Source: a virus (Duplodnaviria; Caudoviricetes). From it: a stretch of 53,865 bases of DNA. This document shows positions 9,153-17,895 of this stretch, one piece after another. The notes under the pieces were generated by a model, which had not been told where the DNA came from, made no database searches, and saw only the letters and a list, made by a program, of their open reading frames with translations. Within the stretch, counting starts at the first letter, position 1; each line of letters opens with the position of its first letter. Both the position numbers and the translations under genes were made by a program. The stretch covers positions 1 to 53,865 of IMG/VR virus record IMGVR_UViG_3300032282_004842; one strand, given 5' to 3'.

Positions 9153-12100
9153 TATGTTTTTCTATAGTAATTAAGTTTATTATTCTCAGCCTCTAAATTA
9201 TCTGAATGTACTTTGTTTGATTCTTCAATAATTGTCGCGTCAGTTTCAACTGCGGTTACATTTATGTTAAATTTAATTTCTTTACTACTTTTTCTACTTT
9301 TAAAGGTTGTAAATTTAAATTTCTTTTTATCTGTTGGTTCGTTGAATTTCTCAACTCTTTTTAATAATTTTTTTATAGTTTTTTCATCATATACTTTCTC
9401 ATCCAATTTTAATAAACCACTATACGTTGCCGATGGTTTATTGTTAAAATAATTTTGAATTTCAGTATAATTTGTGAAAAGCAATTGTTTCATTATCTTT
9501 TCAAATTCTGGTTGTCCGATTGAGGGGTTAACTAAATTTATAGTACTAGTTAAATCCTCATACATTTTTGGTGTATTTGTTTCAATGTATTCAATACATG
9601 TTTTATATTCGTTGTATATAAAGTCAGATGTAAAACCAGATAATGTGGATGACGTTACTTTTGGTACTTCAACGTAACTGTCTTTTGCAAATTTTACAAT
9701 GAAATTAACACTATCAAGAGATTTAACTAAACTATTTCTGTTTGTTTCAATTTCTGTTAATAAATTTCCATTACTAATTTCTTCTAATACTGTTTTGGTT
9801 AAACCTGAAAAGAATGGTTTTAATATATTGTTATTCATGTCTGTTAGTTTTGACCCGGGTAGTTCCTTATCAAAACCTAACATTTCACATAAATAAGTTG
9901 ATGATGAATTATCAATAAAATCATATAATCCCGTTCTAAGACCTTTTAATAAGAACTCAGTTTCTGCACCTTTTTTTGTTAATCCAAATAACTGTAATGT
10001 TTTTCCCGGAGTTAAACTTGTTGAGGTATAAACATCATACTTATTTATCTCTCTATAATCAGGATGTAATAGTAATGTACCTATTTCAGTACCATATTTT
10101 GTAACAACATTATCATATGTGCTAACGTACTTGTCAAAATAGTTCTTGGTGTTTGTGAATACCTCCTCAACATTTTTTGTGTATATTAATTCTGTTCCAT
10201 TTTGTCCTGCGGCTATGTAACTTTCATTAATGTTATTTGTTTTGGCATTAGGGTCAGCACTTGGAGTTTTATAATTTGGATTTTGAAGTTTACGTAGGAA
10301 ATCATCAGTAAACTCTTTGGCATCCATACCATCAATTTTTTCGTTTGTCGATATTGACCTTTCATCGTACATTTCTGTATTTGCAAAAAAGTTTGATGAC
10401 AATGCGTTTTGTAGTCTTTCAACGGGTTTTGATAAACCTTGACCACCAATAAATGCAATTGAGCATGTTACCGATGCAATCATTGGTTGTACACCGATTC
10501 CTTCAGGATTTAAATCCCATACACCTTCATCGTAAGAAATATTAACATCTCTAATAATAATTTTAGAATGATAAAAATCTCCAATTCTTAAAACACAAAC
10601 AGGTGGTGGTCCAAAAGAGGTATTTCTTGCCGCAATATCTGTTTGGTCGGCAATTCCTTTAACAGGTATGGTATCACCAGGTTTTAAACATTGAAGCATG
10701 AATGTTAATCTACTATTTAACCCTTCAGGTGTTGTTGAATGAAATCCAGGGTGGAAGTATTTTAATTTTTCTTTTAAAGATTTAAATTGAAGTGGTGAAT
10801 CTTCTTCAAGTTTTTTAAAATAATGACACTCGGAAAGAGTTTTCATAATGATTCTCTTCATTGGGTCAATTGCTGGTTTTCTTGATGGTCTACCAGGTAC
10901 ATTTATTGTTACGGGTTTAACTGGTTCTGGTTTTGATGTTGATGTTGGTGGTGTTGGTTGTTTGGGTAATGGTGTTATTTTATAATTAGCACTAAATTTA
11001 GATTGTCTACAATAAAATGCGATAGGTGAATATTCTTTTAAACCTGTTATTTTTATAAATTCTTTACCTCTACACTTTTCTTCGGGTCCTTTTCCGTTAA
11101 GACCCTCACCATAATTTATACTATCAATTATTATTTTACCTTCATAATCATAACCTAAAGATTTAAATGTATATTCTTTTTTAACTTGAATTGCAGTACC
11201 AAGTATTATTTCCCTCAATTCGGGTATTCTAACTTTATCATTATCTGAATTAGTTTTGTCAACTGGGTTTATATCATTAATCCATTGTATAGTAGGGTTA
11301 GAACCTGGAGCTTTAATTTTATCAAATACATCTTGTATTATACTATGACTCCTTCTTAATGAAAGTTTCGCATTATAATCATCGGTTGCGGCAGATGAAC
11401 ATGACGATTCGATTGTTATTGTTATATCTTGGGCTGTCTTACCACTTAAATTGGTTTTTATTTCACTTAATGTTTTAATAAATGTGTCGTAATTTGTTTG
11501 AGCGTCCGTAAACCCCTTTGCTAATAAATTTTTTTGAATATCTACCTCACTATCTGTAAATGATACCACGGGTGGGGTTGCTCCATTTGTTTTTTTCGAA
11601 CCAAAAATATATTCGGTTTCCAATATAATTTGAGGGTCGGTTTTACCCGTCATTGTATGTAGAAGTGAGACGAGTGTATTTTGATAAGTTGTTGAACCTA
11701 AAGGGATATATGATTGGTATAAATCAGAATACTTACCGGATGATTCTAATTTAAGTTTTGAACCCGGTATATCATTTGCGAACTTTAATATAATGTTATC
11801 GGCACCACCTTTTCCACCGTTATCTCCCGAACCACTACCACTACCGTTATTAGGGTCAACATTAACGGGACTATCAACAGCCGGCATGTATTCCAATATC
11901 ATATCAGGTTCTTTATTGTTATTTAAAAACGATTGAATTAATGCAGCGTCACTAGAATCTAATTGTGTATATTTTCTAATTAAAGCATAAAAATCAAGTT
12001 CCTGACATCCAGCAAAAAATGCATTAATATAATTTTCAGTTTCTTCATCACTCATATTCTTAAAGTGTTCTCTAACCAATAAGTTTAAAATACTTGGGTG

Positions 12101-14089
12101 GTCGACAACAACTTTAAATGATAACTGTCCCGTTCTAGTTGCATCTTGATATGTATAAATCGGTTCGGGTCTACCTAAGAAGGTATTGTCCGTCCATCTT
12201 GCACTGTTGTTTTCACTAATTTTTAAATCATATGGTGGAAACCACATAACTCTACCACCATTATTTCCTCTTTCACAATATGGTAAATCGTTATAGGTAA
12301 ATCCAGGTGTGTTTGATGTTTTCCAAGCTAAATTTTCGATTGAAAACATATATTTTTGAGCGTAGAATCCATCTCCTTTTTTAATTATGTTTGTTGATAC
12401 CCCTTTGAAATTTTTATTACCGTCGGACATCGGTGCGATATTTAAATTCCACGGTTTACTTCCGCCTCCCATGACACTATCATCAAATTTTCTAATGTTT
12501 GAGGTTCTTTTCATAGTGTCAGAATAGTTCATATATGCCCTATCTTTTGTCCATACCCTACAGTACTCAACTCCTGTCTCTTCTCCCGAAAATTTATCAG
12601 TATACTTAATATTAGAACCTCTTGACATTACCGTTTCACCTTCCTTAAAGATTCTACTTGTTTGGTCAATAACATTACCCACATGTGTACGTGAGGCTCC
12701 ACCATCCTTTGGCATCGAATCCAAAAGTTGTTGTGTTTTATCTAAAATTGAATCAGGTCTAAATCCATATTTTGTAGATAAGGATTCTTGAAGATGACCC
12801 ATATCTTCTTTTCTTTTGTATGTATTTGTACCTGATTTATTGAGTCCTTCAAATGGAATGGTTATTTTACTTTGACCTAATTTATTTTTAGAGTTCTTAC
12901 TAATCCATGTTAAATTACTTCCAATGTTACCACCTTGTGAAATGTTTATTTTTCTTTCAAATAACGCAGCGGCGATAGGGTCAAACATTAAACTAAGATA
13001 GTAACTACTTTTAACTACATTGTCATTAAAATCGGACATTGTAAGTTTAACATCGTTACTTCTATCATCACCCATGTAAGATTGGCCTTTTGGTGCTTCA
13101 AGACCTAATATGTTTTTAACACCTTGTCCAACATTATCTGTAAATTGGAATAATTTAGATGATTGTTGTGACCTAGCTGTTGTTGTGTAATTAGGTGCAT
13201 ATTTTGAATAAGTTAGTAAATCGAATAATACTTGTTTAGGTCCTTGACCCATATGTTCAATAAACAAATCGGAAGGTTTTCTTCCTGGTTTTGGTCTTCT
13301 TTCTATACCAACCATTGAGCCAATCGCACCTGTGATATCTTGTAAGATAGCACCCTCTTGTGTTTTTGATTCAGGTCTATTTTGTATCGGATTTCTTGGG
13401 TTTGTTAAATAATCACCCGGTATTTCACTAAAAGGTAATTGTGTACCCGCAACTGTTTGTAAGAAATCAATACCCTTACCTATTAAATTTGACGATACTG
13501 TAATTCTATTATTAAATTCAATTAACGGTTCTCTACCTGTTATTAAATTTAAAGCGGTCGGTGTATTTCCATTTAAAGCATCGATGATTCTATCTCTACC
13601 AACAGTTGCCGCTTCTAAATTACTTTGTATTCTCGAAAAAACGGGACCTTGTTTATTGTCACGAATATTACTCGTAGCAAATTTCATTAACCTTGAATCA
13701 TTATCAAAGTTCTGACCTGTCATTATACTAATTAAATTAGTCTCACTTTTAATAAATGAATTAGGATAACCTTGAGCAACAACCCCATTATTTAATAAAG
13801 ATAATGTTGGTAATGATGTATTAATATACTCCTCAATTACGTTATTTGGTTGTGTGTATAGATTAACTGAATTTTGACCGTAATAGTTAGCCCAATTTGT
13901 TTTCACATCACCCGGGTCTATATTTGGCATATCCCTTAGTGTTTGTACTGTATAGTTCGCACTAGTAAAAGTCTGAGGTCCATTAGGTACATTAAGAGTT
14001 CTAGCGATTAAGTAATCTCTAAAACCGTCCTTAGAATCGGGTATTCCCGATTTGTTCCTACTGGTGTCAAAATCTAAATAAGTTGGCAT
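9152..14089 (-). CDS. Large baseplate/tail-tube-initiator-like protein with internal OmpA-C-like domain (1645 aa)
   Basis: Tube-initiator-like segments (WFPPYDLK..W..FLGRPEPIYTY; PPPVCVLRIGD..IRDVNISY..W..P) flank SCSS..DDYNAKLSLRRSHSI. Confidence 0.55.
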   Translation of the reverse strand: MPTYLDFDTSRNKSGIPDSKDGFRDYLIARTLNVPNGPQTFTSANYTVQTLRDMPNIDPGDVKTNWANYYGQNSVNLYTQPNNVIEEYINTSLPTLSLLNNGVVAQGYPNSFIKSETNLISIMTGQNFDNDSRLMKFATSNIRDNKQGPVFSRIQSNLEAATVGRDRIIDALNGNTPTALNLITGREPLIEFNNRITVSSNLIGKGIDFLQTVAGTQLPFSEIPGDYLTNPRNPIQNRPESKTQEGAILQDITGAIGSMVGIERRPKPGRKPSDLFIEHMGQGPKQVLFDLLTYSKYAPNYTTTARSQQSSKLFQFTDNVGQGVKNILGLEAPKGQSYMGDDRSNDVKLTMSDFNDNVVKSSYYLSLMFDPIAAALFERKINISQGGNIGSNLTWISKNSKNKLGQSKITIPFEGLNKSGTNTYKRKEDMGHLQESLSTKYGFRPDSILDKTQQLLDSMPKDGGASRTHVGNVIDQTSRIFKEGETVMSRGSNIKYTDKFSGEETGVEYCRVWTKDRAYMNYSDTMKRTSNIRKFDDSVMGGGSKPWNLNIAPMSDGNKNFKGVSTNIIKKGDGFYAQKYMFSIENLAWKTSNTPGFTYNDLPYCERGNNGGRVMWFPPYDLKISENNSARWTDNTFLGRPEPIYTYQDATRTGQLSFKVVVDHPSILNLLVREHFKNMSDEETENYINAFFAGCQELDFYALIRKYTQLDSSDAALIQSFLNNNKEPDMILEYMPAVDSPVNVDPNNGSGSGSGDNGGKGGADNIILKFANDIPGSKLKLESSGKYSDLYQSYIPLGSTTYQNTLVSLLHTMTGKTDPQIILETEYIFGSKKTNGATPPVVSFTDSEVDIQKNLLAKGFTDAQTNYDTFIKTLSEIKTNLSGKTAQDITITIESSCSSAATDDYNAKLSLRRSHSIIQDVFDKIKAPGSNPTIQWINDINPVDKTNSDNDKVRIPELREIILGTAIQVKKEYTFKSLGYDYEGKIIIDSINYGEGLNGKGPEEKCRGKEFIKITGLKEYSPIAFYCRQSKFSANYKITPLPKQPTPPTSTSKPEPVKPVTINVPGRPSRKPAIDPMKRIIMKTLSECHYFKKLEEDSPLQFKSLKEKLKYFHPGFHSTTPEGLNSRLTFMLQCLKPGDTIPVKGIADQTDIAARNTSFGPPPVCVLRIGDFYHSKIIIRDVNISYDEGVWDLNPEGIGVQPMIASVTCSIAFIGGQGLSKPVERLQNALSSNFFANTEMYDERSISTNEKIDGMDAKEFTDDFLRKLQNPNYKTPSADPNAKTNNINESYIAAGQNGTELIYTKNVEEVFTNTKNYFDKYVSTYDNVVTKYGTEIGTLLLHPDYREINKYDVYTSTSLTPGKTLQLFGLTKKGAETEFLLKGLRTGLYDFIDNSSSTYLCEMLGFDKELPGSKLTDMNNNILKPFFSGLTKTVLEEISNGNLLTEIETNRNSLVKSLDSVNFIVKFAKDSYVEVPKVTSSTLSGFTSDFIYNEYKTCIEYIETNTPKMYEDLTSTINLVNPSIGQPEFEKIMKQLLFTNYTEIQNYFNNKPSATYSGLLKLDEKVYDEKTIKKLLKRVEKFNEPTDKKKFKFTTFKSRKSSKEIKFNINVTAVETDATIIEESNKVHSDNLEAENNKLNYYRKT

Positions 14090-14127
14090 TTATGTTTTAC
14101 TCTATAAATAGATGTTTTTTAATTTTA

Positions 14128-15990
14128 TTATCCAACATTTGTGTAATCTCTTTTATTAAGAGAATTCACAATGCTTTTAGCGAACATCGGGTGATTCTCT
14201 AGGTCGGCTCTCCATCTATCTTGATTAACATTAGATTCAAGGGATATTTTAACATCACTATACCCTGTACGGTTGTCAACAGAGGTTGGGGTTGCGGTTG
14301 GGGTTGGGGTTGGAAGTGATTGAGCTCTTATTTTTTTATTTTCATCATTAGCCATTTTGGTGGTTGTTGATTTAAGTTCATTTGTTACTTTTCCTGCCTC
14401 TCCTTCACCCTTTACAATATCCTTTAAAAATTTATTTGCAAAGGCAATATAGCTATCAACACCACCTCTTAAAGATGGGTTAGCTACCTTAGCAAATTGA
14501 ACTTTCATCATTGCAACTATTTCACTAACGTTTAGTGCCATTTTTTGTGTTTCAGTATATTGAGCCTTTGCAATATCCTCTGTCGACATTTTTTTGAATG
14601 TCTCCTGATTTTCCAATAATATCTTTTTTTGATTTTCAGTTAAATCACCTAACGCAATTTCTTTTAATCCTTGGAATTGGTCTGACATGTTTGATACATC
14701 AATTACCATTCTTCCACCTTTCATTCTAGAAATGTTGGTTAAAAATTCTTTTTGTTCTGGTTTTAAATCTAAACCTCTAGCCATTAATTCAGTTGCCGCA
14801 GCAGACCTTTCCGCTGAAGCAATTGCGATTTTACCTAAATCTTTAAAATCCATACCAAGTTCACCCGCTAATGCTCTAACTTTTCTTAAATTTACACCTG
14901 TAAGTTCAAATTTACCTTGTTCTTTATTATATGTTGCCAATGAACCGGCAACACCAATTAGTGCATCTTGTAATCCCTCAACATTATTTGTTGCCATATA
15001 CATAAGTTTTAATGGGTCATTGAAATCTCCAATTGCACCACCGATTGCCTGTAAATTAGCAGATAAATTTATTGCTTTATCAGGGTCAAAAACATCTTCG
15101 GCAATTTTAAAAATATCAGACATGTTCATTCTAAACTCAACTGATTTTTGAACCATTCGATTTAAACCTTCAACACCTTTAGAGAATCCATATTCATTAA
15201 TTCTACTAATATTGTCTGCCGTTTCTTTAACTACTTTTCTGGCGTTTAATCCTAACCTTAGTGATGATTCCCCACCTTTTTCAAATGAATCTAATGTATT
15301 TTCGGCGGATACACCAACCAATTCATATTGTCTGAAATAACTACCTAATGTTCCCATATCCTCAACGAACGCTCTTGAAACAGATGGTAATTTCCCCATC
15401 ACTTCAGTACTAAATGATGATAATCTACCAGTTTCTCTCATCATTTTAATTACAGTATCGGAAACATCTTCTAATTGATAACCAAAGGCGGCCGCGGGTT
15501 GTATGGTGTCCCTAATATTGTCCCTTAGAGCCTCTGACATATCTCCTGATATACTAAGTGCGGAATTTACATCATTATGTAATTTTACTTGGTCTTTTAA
15601 TATATCCTTTATACCATTTAATGAAGCTACAAGTCCGTTCTGTATTATTGTTTGAAAACCTTTACCGATAGAGCCTTCTTTACCAAAAAAACTCTTTACC
15701 ACATCCGATACCGTTTGAAGTATTACTGATGGTTCAATTATGGAAGGACCACTAGTATAACTTTTTACTGAGGAACTAAGATTTTGAACACTTAAAAAAT
15801 CCGGTGTGTTAATATTTTGTGTGTCAGTTGTGTTTGTTGTTGGTTCTTTTGAATTATATGTTGACCAATAAGAATTAAAATTATTCATTAAAGAAACATT
15901 GGATTTCACTTCTGTGCAGTCCATAAATTCTTTCTTATAGTCATTATAAGAAAGTCCTGATTTAATATCTTTAATAAGATTTGCGGCCAT
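14128..15990 (-). CDS. Tape measure protein
   Basis: Helical Ala/Leu-rich 620-aa protein directly downstream of tube and chaperone genes. Confidence 0.65.
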   Translation of the reverse strand: MAANLIKDIKSGLSYNDYKKEFMDCTEVKSNVSLMNNFNSYWSTYNSKEPTTNTTDTQNINTPDFLSVQNLSSSVKSYTSGPSIIEPSVILQTVSDVVKSFFGKEGSIGKGFQTIIQNGLVASLNGIKDILKDQVKLHNDVNSALSISGDMSEALRDNIRDTIQPAAAFGYQLEDVSDTVIKMMRETGRLSSFSTEVMGKLPSVSRAFVEDMGTLGSYFRQYELVGVSAENTLDSFEKGGESSLRLGLNARKVVKETADNISRINEYGFSKGVEGLNRMVQKSVEFRMNMSDIFKIAEDVFDPDKAINLSANLQAIGGAIGDFNDPLKLMYMATNNVEGLQDALIGVAGSLATYNKEQGKFELTGVNLRKVRALAGELGMDFKDLGKIAIASAERSAAATELMARGLDLKPEQKEFLTNISRMKGGRMVIDVSNMSDQFQGLKEIALGDLTENQKKILLENQETFKKMSTEDIAKAQYTETQKMALNVSEIVAMMKVQFAKVANPSLRGGVDSYIAFANKFLKDIVKGEGEAGKVTNELKSTTTKMANDENKKIRAQSLPTPTPTATPTSVDNRTGYSDVKISLESNVNQDRWRADLENHPMFAKSIVNSLNKRDYTNVG

Positions 15991-16003
15991 ACCTATAAAT
16001 AGA

Positions 16004-16156
16004 TTAAGTTTTATTTTCTATCTCAATAAGATAGTTTATATAATACCTTCTAATATAGACAGGCATTCCCATAATATCCCCATAAGAGAATCCTCTTTTT
16101 ACTAAGAATAGAATTTCGTCTAATTGACCTTTTTTATAATCCGTAGAAAGGGCGAA
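16004..16156 (-). CDS. C-terminal extension of tail assembly chaperone (gp51/gpT-like), probably reached by +1 frameshift
   Basis: FALSTDYKKGQLDEILFLVKRGFSYGDIMGMPVYIRRYYINYLIEIENKT* lies in the +1 frame, overlaps the upstream gene end and has no ATG before its last third. Confidence 0.65.
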   Translation of the reverse strand, partial: FALSTDYKKGQLDEILFLVKRGFSYGDIMGMPVYIRRYYINYLIEIENKT

Positions 16157-16883
16157 AAAACTCCACCCCGAACCCAATTTCAACTTGGGTTTTGTCTCCT
16201 GACGGGGTGGTTACTTCTCTTTTTAGGTCTAAACTTGGTTTGTTTTCTTTAATAAATTTTCTGAAATCTTGTGAATCTTTGATTGGTAATTTTTCAATGA
16301 AGTTTCTAATGTTCATCATATCTTTATTACCAGCTACGGTCTTAATCATCATTTCAAGTTGTTTTGTGACGATTGGTGGTACACCGTTCCCATTCCAACT
16401 TTTTTCAATTTCATCAATTTCTTTTTGTTGTTTTGGGGTTAAGAATTTAAATGTAATTTCAATGTTTGATTTTGGCATAACATACTGAAATTCTCCGTTT
16501 GCGTCCGGTTCAAGTTTAAATTCTCTAAATGATATTTCACTTAAATCAACAACGGCAGTAAATTCTTTATCTGTTTTTGTATCATTAAGATAGAACGTAT
16601 ATTCAGGACCGAAAGCCGTACTTCTTAAAAAGATTAAAACCGCCTGTTTATCTTCATCCGAAATTTCGTCAACAATAAAATCCCTATCTAAAATTTTTCT
16701 TTTTAAAAGTTCATCTATTACACTATTATTTTGAATTAAATTCTGAGCGGAAAGAATGTTTTCATCTGAAGCGGTTAGATAACCTACTCTAAGTGATTTC
16801 TTCTTATTTGCATAATGAATACCTCTTGAAGGTAATTCCACGACATCATACGCAATCGTGGGGTCAATTCTATATTCTTCCAT
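16134..16883 (-). CDS. Tail assembly chaperone / baseplate hub assembly protein (T4 gp26-like)
   Basis: VELPSRG..Y, LTASDENIL, D..A.LIFLR..AFG.EY, C-terminal IGFGVEFF; lies between tube and tape measure genes. Confidence 0.75.
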   Translation of the reverse strand: MEEYRIDPTIAYDVVELPSRGIHYANKKKSLRVGYLTASDENILSAQNLIQNNSVIDELLKRKILDRDFIVDEISDEDKQAVLIFLRSTAFGPEYTFYLNDTKTDKEFTAVVDLSEISFREFKLEPDANGEFQYVMPKSNIEITFKFLTPKQQKEIDEIEKSWNGNGVPPIVTKQLEMMIKTVAGNKDMMNIRNFIEKLPIKDSQDFRKFIKENKPSLDLKREVTTPSGDKTQVEIGFGVEFFRPFYGL

Positions 16884-17012
16884 AAATTTGTTTTATTTAT
16901 AACTATATCAATTTACGAAACTTCAATATAAAAGTAAAGGTTATATTATGTTTTTGAATTGAGTGACCCCTTAATGAATTTATTCCATTACATTCTTTTT
17001 GATATATTTTAC

Positions 17013-17047
17013 AAATAAAAATTCCCGTATATATATTTATACGGGAA
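17013..17047 (-). terminator. Intrinsic terminator after tail tube gene
   Basis: Stem TTCCCGTATA/TATACGGGAA (17022-17047) followed by a T-tract on the minus strand. Confidence 0.75.
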
Positions 17048-17092
17048 CTTACCAATATTGTAAATGGATAGGTGTATTTTAATGTAAAAAAA

Positions 17093-17581
17093 TCAATAAA
17101 CTTGGATACATCTATCCATTCTTAAACCAGCTTGGATAGTTGCTATATCATCTCTTGAGTAATCTAAATCTCCAAAGCTCAAGGTTGTTAAAAACGTTCC
17201 TTGAAGAATCCATTTTTCTACCACGACACCCGTTGGGTCCAACATTTCTAATTCAATATCTTTTTTATAACCAGCAGCATATCCCATACGACCTGTTACT
17301 GACTCCGCATGTAAACGAAACCATTCCATTAACGCTTGTGACGCTGAAGGACCAATAGGGTCTTTAAACGTTACTGACATTTCTTCCCACTCAAATCTAC
17401 CGGCAACATAAGTTGATGTATTGATGAACGGTATTGCTACTGAAGTAATTTTTGCTTTTGGTCTGGATGTTGCCGATACATACCATTCGTTGATACCTAA
17501 TGAAGAAGGAAATCTCAAGATGAATCGGTTAACTCTTTTCGGTTCGTATGGAACCGGCATTTTCATTAATAAATCTGCCAT
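17093..17581 (-). CDS. Tail tube protein (T4 gp19-like)
   Basis: YEPKRVNRF..., YVAGRFEWEEMSVTFKD, YKKDIEL..LDPTG.VVEKW.L.G.F.....FGDLDY; downstream of the sheath gene. Confidence 0.9.
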   Translation of the reverse strand: MADLLMKMPVPYEPKRVNRFILRFPSSLGINEWYVSATSRPKAKITSVAIPFINTSTYVAGRFEWEEMSVTFKDPIGPSASQALMEWFRLHAESVTGRMGYAAGYKKDIELEMLDPTGVVVEKWILQGTFLTTLSFGDLDYSRDDIATIQAGLRMDRCIQVY

Positions 17582-17701
17582 GTGTATTTTTTGGTTTTAA
17601 TTTTTTTATTTACTTTATTATAAATATACTCTTATTTAAAAAATATTTTTTTTATTGGAAATACTTGACTTTATCAATTATTTTTCGTATTTTTTCTTTA
17701 T

Positions 17702-17806
17702 ACTAGTATTAATTACTAGAAATAAATTAACTAGATTAATAAAACTTGAAAATAAATAACTAGATAATAAAATACTAGTTCTAGTATACTGGAGCATTTA
17801 TACTGG
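17702..17806. repeat. Phased ACTAG/ACTGG/ACTTG array, 13-15 bp period, AT-rich spacers
   Basis: Cores at 17702, 17715, 17730, 17744, 17759, 17774, 17788, 17802, plus an extra CTAG at 17781. Confidence 0.7.
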
Positions 17807-17862
17807 GTATTATAATTTTATATTTTTTATACTTTTTTTGTTTCACGGGAAACATATAAGTT

Positions 17863-17894
17863 GGGAAGGTTTTTACACCTTCCCTTTTTATTTT
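17863..17894 (+). terminator. Terminator-like hairpin at the sheath gene 3' end (T-tract on + strand; possibly bidirectional)
   Basis: GGGAAGGT-ttttac-ACCTTCCC then TTTTTATTTT. Confidence 0.6.
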
Positions 17895-17895
17895 A

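Noticed and set aside
16884-17092. tRNA or structured ncRNA in the tube-chaperone gap
   Set aside because: Only the terminator hairpin and weak AT-rich complementarity; no cloverleaf or T-loop motif
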